Below, piece after piece: positions 10,659 to 21,354 of a DNA stretch of 64,000 bases. Both the position numbers and the translations under genes were made by a program. The stretch lies in IMG/VR virus record IMGVR_UViG_3300038856_000064, positions 96,001-160,000 of that record. The stretch is one strand, 5' to 3'. The notes beneath the pieces are model-generated. The model did no database searches. It saw only the letters and a program-made list of their open reading frames with translations, and was not told the origin of the DNA. This DNA is from a virus. Position 1 is the stretch's first letter. Each line of letters begins with the position of its first letter.

Positions 10659-12145
10659 TAACTTACTCTCCCAAGTGTAATCTGGCCAGTATCAGATGGC
10701 ACAGAGTCGATAGGTTGTGAGAATGTCCAGGTATATGTAGTCTGTATACTCCTATTAATTCTATCTACTGTCTGGTTACGACCAGTTAGCTTGAGCGCTA
10801 TATAGTCTGCTGGATTAGGTTGTAGTTTAATCATTTCTTGCTCGGCGACCTCGATAGCTCTGTTCGTATTCAACACCTCCTGACCAGTATTTAGTGCTGT
10901 TACATTACACTGAATTGCGTAACTCCCCTCTTGTGTAGTGCACAGCTTTTGAAATATTGGACCATAGGCATTGAACGGAACTCCAATTATTGCATTAGAT
11001 ACAACAGGGTCATTTCTTTGCACTGTGCAGGACAAGTCTTGTATACCACTAGGAAGATTTTCGGTTGGGTTATCAGTATATGTTACACTATATCCAACGG
11101 TTCCGGCACATGGAGTTTGAGTAATTGATATCGCTTGTGGTCTTCCAGTGACTAAAACTCCAGAGCCACCATAGCGATCATAAACTTCTAGCGCGTCGTT
11201 AAGCCATTGTGGACGAACCAAAACATTGAATCCGCTAACAGCATTAGTAAAGCCAGTGCCTCCACTTGATCGACTGGGACCAGCAGGTGCACCATCATTC
11301 GTACGCCCCATACCTCGTACAGTGCCCTGTAGTGTGATAGTGGCAATATTATTTTCATCTAATTGGAATTGAGCAGTGCGCTCATCGGCAAATGGAAGTA
11401 GTCCAGAGACTAATTTAAAGCTTTCAGATACAGAATAGGTTCCGTCTTCAACTCCGACAGTCTCTTCGCGAGAAGTAGTAATCTCATAGAATCTAACGTT
11501 ACTACCGCTCCCAGGCTCTACGTATCCAGGAAATCCCAATGGTGCTGTACTTAGGCCAAGTAAAGATGTCACTCTATCTTTTGCGTTTTGTAACGCATTA
11601 GATGGTAGTCCTGATATTGCTGTATTGACACCTTGAGCGCTGACTGAGTGACTTATGTCAACTAGACACTCCGCCTCGTTTTCAGCATACTGCCAAGTAT
11701 TGGTAAGGTTTGTAACAAGCCCCGAAACGCCACTTGGTGCAGTGGCATCTTCTAAAACAATCGTGTAGTCAAGTCGATTATACTGAATGTCAGCATCAAT
11801 ATCTATCGACGCAACAATAGGAAAAATACCACTCTCAATTGGAGTACCAGCTATTAGACAGGGATGGTTGGCTGTTGCGCTAACCGTAAATTCGAGACTG
11901 TCCGTTGCAAAGGTATCCTCTAGCTCTCTTTGCTTCTGCCTTACGAAATGATAGCCATTACCACTAGTGAGAATTGCACCAGTTAATGTTCTAGTAGTTC
12001 TGATGACCTCTCTATTATCGGAGTCATCACGCTCAATTTGTACAGAGTGTTGGATTAACGGAGACGGTTGTAAAATCTGTCCCCCATATGCAACCTCTAT
12101 AAAGGATGGACTTAAGCCTGGTAATGTAGAGCGTGGATCAGCCAT
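10658..12145 (-). CDS. Putative distal tail/baseplate protein
   Basis: 495 aa immediately downstream of the tape measure gene (usual Dit position); beta-rich. Confidence 0.6.
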   Translation of the reverse strand: MADPRSTLPGLSPSFIEVAYGGQILQPSPLIQHSVQIERDDSDNREVIRTTRTLTGAILTSGNGYHFVRQKQRELEDTFATDSLEFTVSATANHPCLIAGTPIESGIFPIVASIDIDADIQYNRLDYTIVLEDATAPSGVSGLVTNLTNTWQYAENEAECLVDISHSVSAQGVNTAISGLPSNALQNAKDRVTSLLGLSTAPLGFPGYVEPGSGSNVRFYEITTSREETVGVEDGTYSVSESFKLVSGLLPFADERTAQFQLDENNIATITLQGTVRGMGRTNDGAPAGPSRSSGGTGFTNAVSGFNVLVRPQWLNDALEVYDRYGGSGVLVTGRPQAISITQTPCAGTVGYSVTYTDNPTENLPSGIQDLSCTVQRNDPVVSNAIIGVPFNAYGPIFQKLCTTQEGSYAIQCNVTALNTGQEVLNTNRAIEVAEQEMIKLQPNPADYIALKLTGRNQTVDRINRSIQTTYTWTFSQPIDSVPSDTGQITLGRVS

Positions 12146-12156
12146 TTAAGTTCTCA

Positions 12157-15100
12157 CTATAGTGTCGTGGGCGAAATTATGCCCCTCCTAAGGAGTTCTG
12201 TTCTTATGTTCTCTAAAACTTCATTTGCGATTCTTCGAGCTTCATCATTACTAACGAAGCCACCTAGGGATTCGGCAAGTGTCGTGGCAAGTCGCGCGAC
12301 ACCAGCTTCAAAACCAGTAACTGTTACATTCGTCTGTCCCTCGACGTTGATAGTAATTTCAGTTCCATCGCTACCTGCGACAGCGGTTGCTGTTCCAACA
12401 GTACTACCAGAAGAGTCTCGAATTGCTTCTGTCACAGCTAAGTTGCTTTCACTAGTTGTATTTAAATCCTTTAGTTGAGTCACAATATCCTCAAGACGAC
12501 GAACAGTATCATTATTTAGGTCGGAAAGATTGCCACCACCAGCGCCGGGTAATGCGCTACTAGATGCCACGGCAGTATTAACAACCGAAGGACCAGCTTG
12601 CCCCATCATCTGCTGCACCTGCGCCCTATTTCTTCCAGCCTCACGCTGAGCATCGGACAATATCTTACCATCACTCTCCGGCGTTCTGCGAGCATCTGAG
12701 CCGACCTGTGCGTTCGATACGGGAACACCACCAGAATTCATAACCTCCCGAAATGCCTCCGCTACTCTAACGCTGAAGGCATCTGGTAAGCGTGAAACAA
12801 CTGCTTCTCCGACTCGCGTAATTGCACCCGTTACGGCACTAAACCCCTGACGTTGAGTTTGCTCTTGCTGCAATAGCGTGGTATTTAATTGACCCTGTAG
12901 TTCTCCTAACTTACCTCGAAGCTTGTCGCCCTCTTCTTTAACGCGCTCAAGTTGAATCTCAGCAAGATCCTTTTGAGCCTGTGCTTGCTCTAATTGTTCT
13001 TTAGCTGCTATTACCTGTTCTTGAGAAGCAATGAGTTGTTCAGTAGCAATTTGAGCCTGCTGTTCTTGTAGACCAGCAATGCGCTCCTGAATCTCAAAGA
13101 GTGGGTCAACTTGTAGTCCCTCACCACTGACACCTAGAGAAGATGTTTCAATGGCTGTAAGCAACTGATCTGCGGTAAATCCTCCTACTTCACCACCGAC
13201 AGAACGCAACGTCTCAAGAGATGAAACAATCCTTTGTCGAGTCTCTTGTGGTAGTGCCAATAGCTGGGCACCAAGGTCATTAATAGCGCTCTCTCCGAGC
13301 TTCTTAAACTCACCAAAACTTCCACCAAGTAAGTCAGCAACGGCTCCAGCTTCCTGTATCCCGCTGAATAAATCAGCTTGGTCCTGGGTCGAACTAGTAA
13401 AGAAGTTACGAGCTAACTGTGATTGTTCCTGTAGTAGATTATTAAAGAGTGTGAGTTGCTGATTGATGGACTCTCGACGAATTTCAACTAGAGTCTTTTC
13501 GCTCGCCCCCAAGTCTCGTGCCAAACGTTCGGCAGAACGGAATGTGTCTTGTACTGCGCCGATCTCTTGACGTAGCCCACTAAAGCCACCAGTGATCTTT
13601 GTAGTCTCGACAGCAGCTAGAGATAGGCCAAGGTTGTAGCGAGTGGTTGCCATTATGGCGCCGTCCACCGCTTGTAAATAGCTCTCAAAAGCATCGCCGA
13701 CCGCAGCAGTAGCCTCTATGACTGCTCGTTGTGCATCGACCTGCTCTTGGGCATTTCCTACTAGCTCTTGGGAAACCTGCTTGATCGCCTCTCTGCGCTT
13801 CTGAATTATCTGAGCCTCAGCCTGAGCCTGCTCTAATGCAAGCGCCGCCCCACGCTTCTTGATGTCGGATAGTCGCGCCTCCTTCTCTGCCTGGTCAGTT
13901 ATCGTAGCGTTTACTACAGTAGCTTCTGCGGCTAGCTCGGCTTGAGAAACCCTGAATTCTGCACCTAGAGTATTAAGTTCAGCATTAAACTTACTCATTT
14001 CAGATTGATCTACAGAAAGTAACTTACTAATCTCGGCTAGACCAGTAATGCGCTTTTTCTCAAACTCAGCGGCGACCTTCGCAGCATTCGTAGCCTCCTT
14101 AGCCACGGACAACGTATTACGAATTGATGCAATGCGCTGCTTAGCAAGTGACTCTTCTAGCTTGATAGACTCTTGTACGCGCTCATCCTCAAGTGTCTTT
14201 AGCTGATCTAAAACACCAACACGATTTTGCTCTGTGGTCTCAATCGCATTAAGCTTCATAATTTCTGCATCTAGACCAGAAAGACGACTCTGGGATGCGG
14301 CAATGACACCATCCGCAAGGCGTGCCTCTATCTCTCTTTCTGCAACTAGACGACGAATACCCGTTAACTCCTCAGAGATGGCGCGAGCGTTAAGCGCAGT
14401 AACCTCTCGACGACGCTGATCAAGGGCAATAGTTTTTTGCTCTTCGGTTAATCTCTTCTTTAGGGCATCTACCATCGCCTTATTACTGGTTATCGTAGCC
14501 TGCAAGGCTTCTGTATCAAGCTTTGTAAATGTCTTAAGTAATCCGAGAACCCCATCAGTTACCTTCTTAATCTGCTCGTCATTTACTCCAGTAAGATCTA
14601 ATCCTCCGCGTGCATTTTGAAGTGCTGCTCGCTGAGCATCGGGGTCTATAACGCCCTCATCTGCAAGCTTTCGCCCCGTATCAAACAATGTCTTAAATAG
14701 GTCCTTTAGTGCGCCACCAGTAGTTCTTACAGCAGCATCTCTGATCTTGTTGGCATCGCTCTCGTCGATCTCAAATAGTTCAGCTAAGTCAATATTATCT
14801 AAGCCATTTAAGAAATCCTTCATATTACGACCAGAATCCTTAATACGCCGTTCGGCATCTTGAGGTATAATACCCTCTCCTAACTTAGCACGAAGAGCAT
14901 CTAGATTACCAAATTGACGTTCGCCAGGCCCGGCAATAGTCTGGAATTCTACCCTGGCCTTTTGTAAGGCATCTGATTTTTCGAGATCTGCACGACGTGT
15001 TAAAGACTTCGCCGTCTCTGACGCATGCCTAGCGAGGGCATCCGCAAGCTCAATCTGTGGAGTCGTTGCCTTTAGCCTGGTCTCGTTAAGCTTCCCTACC

Positions 15101-18100
15101 TCACGACCGAATTCGGATATAAATTCTCGTAACGCGAATTGTAGCTTGTCTACTGGTTCGTCAAGGAAGCGGTCAAACTTATCTAATGGAAGCTCTAGCC
15201 TAATGCTGCTAAATGCATCAGCAACTCGCTCCTGAGATTTAATAATGCGATCTTGAGCTTTTGCGCTAGCTTCTGCCCCCACATCCTTTCTTATCAGTTC
15301 GCCAATACGCTTTAGAATTTCTGGAGTAGCCTGACCGATACCCTGCGTACCGACATTTTGTCTTTTAGTTGCAAAACTACTAGCCTGATCGACAAGAGAC
15401 TGAAGTTCACCTCTTCCGGCGCTGCTAACAATATTTTCTCCTGAGCCACCCTGCAAGATAGTTTTACCAGTAAGAACATCAGCTAGTGTTTCCCTAACAA
15501 TTTTTTGAGCTTCTTCGCCACCTTGCCCCAGGGCTATCGCAGAAACTGCTTCCTTAAATTTACCAGCCTGCTCTTCTGCTGCACGCGCAATCTGACCACC
15601 AGCGGGAATCAATACATCTAATCCCTCGATAAATCCCTCTACGTCCCTACTAAGCGTTTGCTCTGCCTTCTTAATGGCGTCAGCAGTCAATGGCTTGTTA
15701 CGAACCCTGGATATCTCTTCATCAAAAATTTGACGAACCTGATCCGTAGAAGTTCCGAATGACTCTGCTAGGGATAGGGTTTCTCTTTCCAACTCACGTA
15801 ATGTAGTTTCGCCAATCTCATTAAGGATTGGTGAACTCTTTAGTAATAGATCAGATGCTGATAAGTCTAGTTGCTCTCCAGTGCGTGCCTCAAGCGTCTT
15901 ACTCAATGCTTGAAAAATTCTAGCATTTTGTTCTGCGGCAGATGCAGATCTATCAAAGCTAGCTCGCAAACCTTGCTGGGCACTTTGTCTTGAGCCCTGA
16001 ATCTTTTCTTTTCTTGCCTGTGCCCCACCTGGATCAAATAAATCCTGAAGACGTCCCTCTTCTAGCTTAAGTTCAAAATTCTTGAAAGACTTGAGGTTAC
16101 GCAATGACTCATCTAATTTTTGAGCTACCGCACTCGTAATCTCTCCATTCTCTGTTTGAACAATGCCAAGCTCTATATAACGACGACGTAATTCGTCAGT
16201 TTGATTACCTGCATCACTGAATGTCCTAACTAGTCCAGGGATAGCCCCGGCTAGGGCACCAACCCCAGCACCTATTGCTGTACCTACGCCAGGTATGAAT
16301 GATCCAAGCAATGCTCCTGTGCCGGCGCCACCCAATGCTCCACCACCTATATCAGCAGCAGCACCTAATCCTGTACTTCCCCCTTTATTAAGACCATTAC
16401 TAAGGCTTTGTAACGCTCCACCAGCAACAGAGGCAGCTAGCCCAACAAATGTAATATGTCGAGATGCAAATTGTAATGCCTTACTGGCACCATTAGTAAC
16501 AGAGCCAAAACGCCCCACAGCCTTGGTCGGTTCCTGAATGGCTCTACCAGTTGCTATAATATCTATCCCCTGGCTAGTCATATTGCCACGAGCGCGATTT
16601 GCTACACCTTCCTGGCCTGCTGCCGAGCCTAAATATGCCGCGGCTCGAGCCTTCGCCATGCGCTCAGCCTGCTTTGCAGCAAAGAGCGCAGATGCTGACA
16701 ACCCCTTCATTTGGTTATTAGCTTCGGCAGTTAGCATTGCAGTTCTCTGCATGGCCGTATTCATTCTACCCTCGACAGTCTGAGCTACCATCTTACCTTG
16801 AGCGTCAATCTTCCCCATCCCTACGGCAGCCTTATCCTGGCTATGAATAAAGAAACTAATCGCCCTCTTGATACCTATAAACATAGGAATCAAAACTTTT
16901 GCAGCAAGACCAACAGCTAGGAATCCAGTGAATGTAGATGCTGCTCCCCCCAACGCTCTATCGAGTTGGGCAATAGATGTTGCAACCGCCTCGACCCCTT
17001 TTAGAGCACCAATAAACATTTCACCTAGGACACCTTCTGAAGTAGTCCTAACTAGTTGCTGGAATGCGATCTGCAATCTAGCAATAACATTAGCCAACTT
17101 AGACTGTTCTGCACGCTGCTTACGGGTTGCGTCACCCGTTGCTTCGATTAACTGGTTCGTAACATCTTGGGTCCTTCCGAAGTCTTGTAGGGCGGCACGG
17201 AAAATTTCAACCTGACGAATACCAGCAGCCTTGACCGCAACATCAGCCTGCTCAGACTCTGTGAGTGTCTGAAACGCTACAGCAGTATCCTGTAATACAT
17301 CAAATAGGTTACGCAAATTACCCTGCGTATCGATAGTCTGGACACCGATCGCATTTAGGGCTTTAGTTGCATCAGAAGTCGAACTAGAAATTCTAGATGC
17401 TAGGGTCTTTAATGCAGTACCAACAACATCACCACCACGCTGAGTTCTTTCTTGCAAAACGGAGATTACGGCAGTCGCTTGCTCGATGGTAGCTCCAGTC
17501 GCAAAGATAGAAGCTGCTGAGCGCTTAAAAGCCTGTTGAACATCGGTAGCCTTAGATGCAGTAATATCCTCTGCTTTACCTAATACGTCGAAAAGCTTAG
17601 TCGTCGTGACAAGTTCTTTACTTAAACCACGAACATTAGCTTCTACTTGCTGAATAATCTGAACAAATAACTGGCTTGATTGAGCAGCATCTAGCGTCGT
17701 TCCCTGTAGGCCAGTTAACGCTCTATCGGTAAGTTCGACTACAGTTCCATAGCCGCGACCAGCCAAACCTGCGCGAGCAAACTCTTGAGCAATATTAATT
17801 GTTTGATCTACTGCAACTCCAGTCTTTGATGATAATCCGAATAGATCGTTTCCGACCATTTGTAGCGTCTTATCACTTGTTTGGAGGATCTTGTTTAATT
17901 CAATTAGAGAATCATTAAAGTCAATAACAAATTTGACAGCAGCTTGTACTGCATTCACGACAGTATTAATAGCAATTGCTACACCACGGAAGGCTGCGGC
18001 CTTTCGCCCTACCTCAAATGTTAGATCCTCTAGGTCCTTCATTTTTAGGTTGGCCTTCTCCGTACTGCTAGTTACCTCTTTTATGCCACGAGATAATCGA

Positions 18101-18699
18101 TCAACACCGCCACCACCCGCATCAAATCCGCCAAATCCAGCACCACTACGCGCAGTTGGAGGAACTCGTCCACCACCACCGGCACCAATGTCTGCAACAT
18201 TAACAGTACGTGAGCCGGCTGGAAATGGAAGATTGCCCTTTGCCTTACCAACAGAACCGCTTTGACCTAAGCTCCCCATCGTTTTTACAAGAGAACGCAA
18301 ACCACTATTGACCTGCTTCGTCAACTCGTGCATCCTCTGTAGTGAACCCGCAGACTTGCTAGCCGCTTGACGCTGCGCCTTAAACGGGTCTGTCTTTGTA
18401 CCACCAGCTACATTTGTCTGAATATCTAGTTTGGTTTTCTGAACAGCATTTTGCACAGCTCTACGGATCTTAGACTCTACACCCCTGAGGCTATTCTGAT
18501 TTACCTCTAGCTTAAGCTTATTGAGCTTAATGTTATTAAGCTTGGTCTTAACTTTCTTCGCAGCTTCGCCAGCATCAGACACTAATTTCTTTAATGCCGA
18601 TGTATCTACTTTAAATTTTAAAGTCCCAGCATCAAGATTTCCCTTAACCTCGACACCAGTAATCTTTAATTTTGATTCAATATCAAACTGGTCAGCCAA
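12157..18699 (-). CDS. Tail tape measure protein (TP901-like core)
   Basis: 2180 aa, Ala/Gln/Glu helical; core ERTQRGGDVVGTALKTLASRI...GIRQ; Gly-rich hydrophobic stretch; TTG start with GGAG RBS. Confidence 0.9.
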   Translation of the reverse strand: MADQFDIESKLKITGVEVKGNLDAGTLKFKVDTSALKKLVSDAGEAAKKVKTKLNNIKLNKLKLEVNQNSLRGVESKIRRAVQNAVQKTKLDIQTNVAGGTKTDPFKAQRQAASKSAGSLQRMHELTKQVNSGLRSLVKTMGSLGQSGSVGKAKGNLPFPAGSRTVNVADIGAGGGGRVPPTARSGAGFGGFDAGGGGVDRLSRGIKEVTSSTEKANLKMKDLEDLTFEVGRKAAAFRGVAIAINTVVNAVQAAVKFVIDFNDSLIELNKILQTSDKTLQMVGNDLFGLSSKTGVAVDQTINIAQEFARAGLAGRGYGTVVELTDRALTGLQGTTLDAAQSSQLFVQIIQQVEANVRGLSKELVTTTKLFDVLGKAEDITASKATDVQQAFKRSAASIFATGATIEQATAVISVLQERTQRGGDVVGTALKTLASRISSSTSDATKALNAIGVQTIDTQGNLRNLFDVLQDTAVAFQTLTESEQADVAVKAAGIRQVEIFRAALQDFGRTQDVTNQLIEATGDATRKQRAEQSKLANVIARLQIAFQQLVRTTSEGVLGEMFIGALKGVEAVATSIAQLDRALGGAASTFTGFLAVGLAAKVLIPMFIGIKRAISFFIHSQDKAAVGMGKIDAQGKMVAQTVEGRMNTAMQRTAMLTAEANNQMKGLSASALFAAKQAERMAKARAAAYLGSAAGQEGVANRARGNMTSQGIDIIATGRAIQEPTKAVGRFGSVTNGASKALQFASRHITFVGLAASVAGGALQSLSNGLNKGGSTGLGAAADIGGGALGGAGTGALLGSFIPGVGTAIGAGVGALAGAIPGLVRTFSDAGNQTDELRRRYIELGIVQTENGEITSAVAQKLDESLRNLKSFKNFELKLEEGRLQDLFDPGGAQARKEKIQGSRQSAQQGLRASFDRSASAAEQNARIFQALSKTLEARTGEQLDLSASDLLLKSSPILNEIGETTLRELERETLSLAESFGTSTDQVRQIFDEEISRVRNKPLTADAIKKAEQTLSRDVEGFIEGLDVLIPAGGQIARAAEEQAGKFKEAVSAIALGQGGEEAQKIVRETLADVLTGKTILQGGSGENIVSSAGRGELQSLVDQASSFATKRQNVGTQGIGQATPEILKRIGELIRKDVGAEASAKAQDRIIKSQERVADAFSSIRLELPLDKFDRFLDEPVDKLQFALREFISEFGREVGKLNETRLKATTPQIELADALARHASETAKSLTRRADLEKSDALQKARVEFQTIAGPGERQFGNLDALRAKLGEGIIPQDAERRIKDSGRNMKDFLNGLDNIDLAELFEIDESDANKIRDAAVRTTGGALKDLFKTLFDTGRKLADEGVIDPDAQRAALQNARGGLDLTGVNDEQIKKVTDGVLGLLKTFTKLDTEALQATITSNKAMVDALKKRLTEEQKTIALDQRRREVTALNARAISEELTGIRRLVAEREIEARLADGVIAASQSRLSGLDAEIMKLNAIETTEQNRVGVLDQLKTLEDERVQESIKLEESLAKQRIASIRNTLSVAKEATNAAKVAAEFEKKRITGLAEISKLLSVDQSEMSKFNAELNTLGAEFRVSQAELAAEATVVNATITDQAEKEARLSDIKKRGAALALEQAQAEAQIIQKRREAIKQVSQELVGNAQEQVDAQRAVIEATAAVGDAFESYLQAVDGAIMATTRYNLGLSLAAVETTKITGGFSGLRQEIGAVQDTFRSAERLARDLGASEKTLVEIRRESINQQLTLFNNLLQEQSQLARNFFTSSTQDQADLFSGIQEAGAVADLLGGSFGEFKKLGESAINDLGAQLLALPQETRQRIVSSLETLRSVGGEVGGFTADQLLTAIETSSLGVSGEGLQVDPLFEIQERIAGLQEQQAQIATEQLIASQEQVIAAKEQLEQAQAQKDLAEIQLERVKEEGDKLRGKLGELQGQLNTTLLQQEQTQRQGFSAVTGAITRVGEAVVSRLPDAFSVRVAEAFREVMNSGGVPVSNAQVGSDARRTPESDGKILSDAQREAGRNRAQVQQMMGQAGPSVVNTAVASSSALPGAGGGNLSDLNNDTVRRLEDIVTQLKDLNTTSESNLAVTEAIRDSSGSTVGTATAVAGSDGTEITINVEGQTNVTVTGFEAGVARLATTLAESLGGFVSNDEARRIANEVLENIRTELLRRGIISPTTL

Positions 18700-18719
18700 C
18701 TGCTACTCCAATAAATTAA

Positions 18720-19433
18720 TTAATTAGCAAGCTTCTTACGGGTTGTTTTCTTTCTAGTTGTCTTTTTTTTCGCTGTTCTCTTCTTAGTAACTCTGGGTTT
18801 AGTTTTAGCCTTAGGCTTCTCTGCATCTGCTAAGATCTGCTTCTCTACGCCACGAACATATCCAACTTCCGGAAGGCTGGTAAGCGATTCCTGAAAAGTT
18901 GCACTTGATAATTCAAAGAGCTTTTCCCTAGCAGCTAGCACAACAGGCTCTTCTGCACGATCAATAAAGTCATGATAGTCCTTGAACACCTTTTTATTAG
19001 TGTCAGCATAAACTGTAGCATATGCTATATATGCATCACGACGAATACTGTCAGCTAGCATCTCGCAAGAATTAGATAATACAGCCGCCTTTGCCTCGAT
19101 CAACTTAAGACAATCGCTACGTAGAACACCCATCTCTTGTGCGATAGCCAACCCCTCTTCGTGGGTATTCGACTTCTCTAGTTTGATTTGTAGATCTACA
19201 ATTTGGCGCTGAACTACACCTAGAGTTTCTTCATCTTCCTTGGTCCAAATGCCCAATTCCGACATCTCACGCTCTAACGTGGCCTTCGGAAGAATTCCTC
19301 GTTTCATTAATTGAATATAAGCAATATGATATTCTGTGTCGCATTTCCGCTCTATCTCTACATTTTCAACCAATAATTTAAACTTAGCTGTCTTGCCATC
19401 AACTATTGACTCAAATTCCATTCCATCACTCAT
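18720..19433 (-). CDS. Putative tail assembly chaperone with Lys/Arg-rich C-terminal tail
   Basis: Between tail tube and TMP; helical; ends KKRTAKKKTTRKKTTRKK. Confidence 0.5.
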   Translation of the reverse strand: MSDGMEFESIVDGKTAKFKLLVENVEIERKCDTEYHIAYIQLMKRGILPKATLEREMSELGIWTKEDEETLGVVQRQIVDLQIKLEKSNTHEEGLAIAQEMGVLRSDCLKLIEAKAAVLSNSCEMLADSIRRDAYIAYATVYADTNKKVFKDYHDFIDRAEEPVVLAAREKLFELSSATFQESLTSLPEVGYVRGVEKQILADAEKPKAKTKPRVTKKRTAKKKTTRKKTTRKKLAN

Positions 19434-19962
19434 TTCCTAACCCCTCAAGATATATTTCGCATACAACATCCCGCCATTCACGATAGTCTCCATGGGCAAT
19501 TTTAACACCAGCAATCTGGGCTAGGTCCAAAAATGGCAGCAAGGAATCAACAATATCGTCTAAACCGGCACAGGTATATACTTTCTTATACACTATTCCA
19601 GCACCAACACTGTTACGGATTTTATTCAGAAGATTAAAATCACCAAATATGCGGAATACTGGTATCACATCATCCTCCTCGATAACATCCACCTCAGCAT
19701 CTCCTAATGCCTTGATAATATCTCGGCTAAATGATACTTTTCCAGGAGGAGAATCAGCAACTAGCTGAGTTAATGAGCGAGTAGTATCCCCGGCGGCGTT
19801 AAGAATCTCGCTACGGGCAATTTTTAGATCCGCGCCCGTCAAAACGACCTCCTCCTCGTCTTTTAGATCTCCCAAGTCGCACTGAATCGTATGCTCAATA
19901 CACGCCAAGATACGAACAGCCATTCCACGCAATCTTTTTTGGATTACCTTATCAAACTCCAT
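19426..19962 (-). CDS. Hypothetical protein
   Basis: 178-aa ORF with GGAG RBS. Confidence 0.7.
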   Translation of the reverse strand: MEFDKVIQKRLRGMAVRILACIEHTIQCDLGDLKDEEEVVLTGADLKIARSEILNAAGDTTRSLTQLVADSPPGKVSFSRDIIKALGDAEVDVIEEDDVIPVFRIFGDFNLLNKIRNSVGAGIVYKKVYTCAGLDDIVDSLLPFLDLAQIAGVKIAHGDYREWRDVVCEIYLEGLGNE

Positions 19963-19970
19963 TTTATCTC

Positions 19971-21275
19971 CTAACTGGGTCTAGCCCTACCTTTTTTATC
20001 TTTCGTAAATTCACCTGGTCCGTAATACTTCGTATCTAGACCTAGCGCACTACGGGCCTTATCACCACGCAAGCGCTGCTCCTCCATACCATCTACCCCA
20101 ACACTCGCAAGATGTTTCTGTTCACTTGCAAGCAATTTGCGTACTCTATCTGGATTAGTGGATTGTATTTCCTCTACCTTCTCACTCTTTGTTTTTTCAT
20201 CATAATAGAGGAATACTCCATAAGAACAACTAGGTGGATGAATATGTCCACGTTTATCATGACCGCGAGACTCTGCCTCTTCTAGGATGCCGCATGTGCA
20301 TTCCTGACAATATTCGCCCATAACATTAAAGCCCACCTCGTTGGCGCCAGATTTTTTATCAAGCCTATTGAGCTTCTTATCAAACTCTGACTTCTTTCTC
20401 TCTTGCTCGCGCTTCTTATGCTGTTCCTCTAGCCAACGGTCGAACAACTTGTCATCTTCGATAACGTCATCAGATGGTGCCTCCATAGACTCAAAAGCGG
20501 AGTCATACACTTGGGACCAATATACTAATCTGAACTGATCCAATGTTAAGTCAAACATCTCTCGATCAAATAATGTCCTGACGCCGCGATTCTTTTTGGA
20601 TGCCATCCACTTACATCGCCAAAATCCAGAACGCGCGATACGGCGAATTGATGCCTCATCTGCAATAGATTCATTATAGTAAGTGCGCAGTAATCTGACC
20701 ACTAACCCCGTATCTTGCTCTCTATTCAGATCATCTAGAGTATTCCATACCTGATTCATTTCTGGAAAAGATAACGTCGCACATTTTAGAAAGTAATTGC
20801 CACGTTCGCATTCAGCGGCATATTCTACGCTCGGCAATTCTATATGCTCAGTATATATCTTTTCTAGTAGTCCGATAGACTCAGAAATATGGAATGCTTT
20901 TGTGTTTAGTTTCTTAAACCTTGAGGTGGGCCTTAGTCGCTTTTTCCTACCCTTACTATCAAGCATTTTCGTTTTTTCTTCTAACGACCGCTCCTCAGTA
21001 ATAACAATAAGCTCTTTACGTAATGACTCTAGGTCGCTATCATAATGAACTCGCCACATGCCTGCATGAATAGCATGCTTTTTAAGTTCATCACGGGTCA
21101 TAAGGGTTGAGGTATCCATAAAGTGCTTATGGATATAATTACCAATATTCTTTTCTTCTAATGTAAGTGGACGAAAAACAAATGTTTTCATCTCTCCATT
21201 ATTATCCTTAACCTCTATTATTCTGCGACCCCAGGTCACTGCATCTAGAAGCTCCCCAATATCCTGCTCTTTCAT
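19971..21275 (-). CDS. Putative tail assembly protein
   Basis: Start moved to ATG 21275 (MKEQDIG, GAGAGGA RBS) because the track start lies inside a terminator. Confidence 0.6.
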   Translation of the reverse strand: MKEQDIGELLDAVTWGRRIIEVKDNNGEMKTFVFRPLTLEEKNIGNYIHKHFMDTSTLMTRDELKKHAIHAGMWRVHYDSDLESLRKELIVITEERSLEEKTKMLDSKGRKKRLRPTSRFKKLNTKAFHISESIGLLEKIYTEHIELPSVEYAAECERGNYFLKCATLSFPEMNQVWNTLDDLNREQDTGLVVRLLRTYYNESIADEASIRRIARSGFWRCKWMASKKNRGVRTLFDREMFDLTLDQFRLVYWSQVYDSAFESMEAPSDDVIEDDKLFDRWLEEQHKKREQERKKSEFDKKLNRLDKKSGANEVGFNVMGEYCQECTCGILEEAESRGHDKRGHIHPPSCSYGVFLYYDEKTKSEKVEEIQSTNPDRVRKLLASEQKHLASVGVDGMEEQRLRGDKARSALGLDTKYYGPGEFTKDKKGRARPS

Positions 21276-21310
21276 AACAATCCTCTCTATCCAATCCAAC
21301 CCCAAAGGGT

Positions 21311-21340
21311 AAAGGCCCACCCCTCCTACAGGGGTGAGCC
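21311..21340 (-). terminator. Terminator after tail tube gene
   Basis: GGCTCACCCC-loop-GGGGTGGGCC then TTT. Confidence 0.7.
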
Positions 21341-21354
21341 CAAACTATCATTCA

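Noticed and set aside
18720-21275. Lambda G/GT-type programmed frameshift in tail chaperones
   Set aside because: ORFs have their own starts and I saw no convincing slippery site at the junctions
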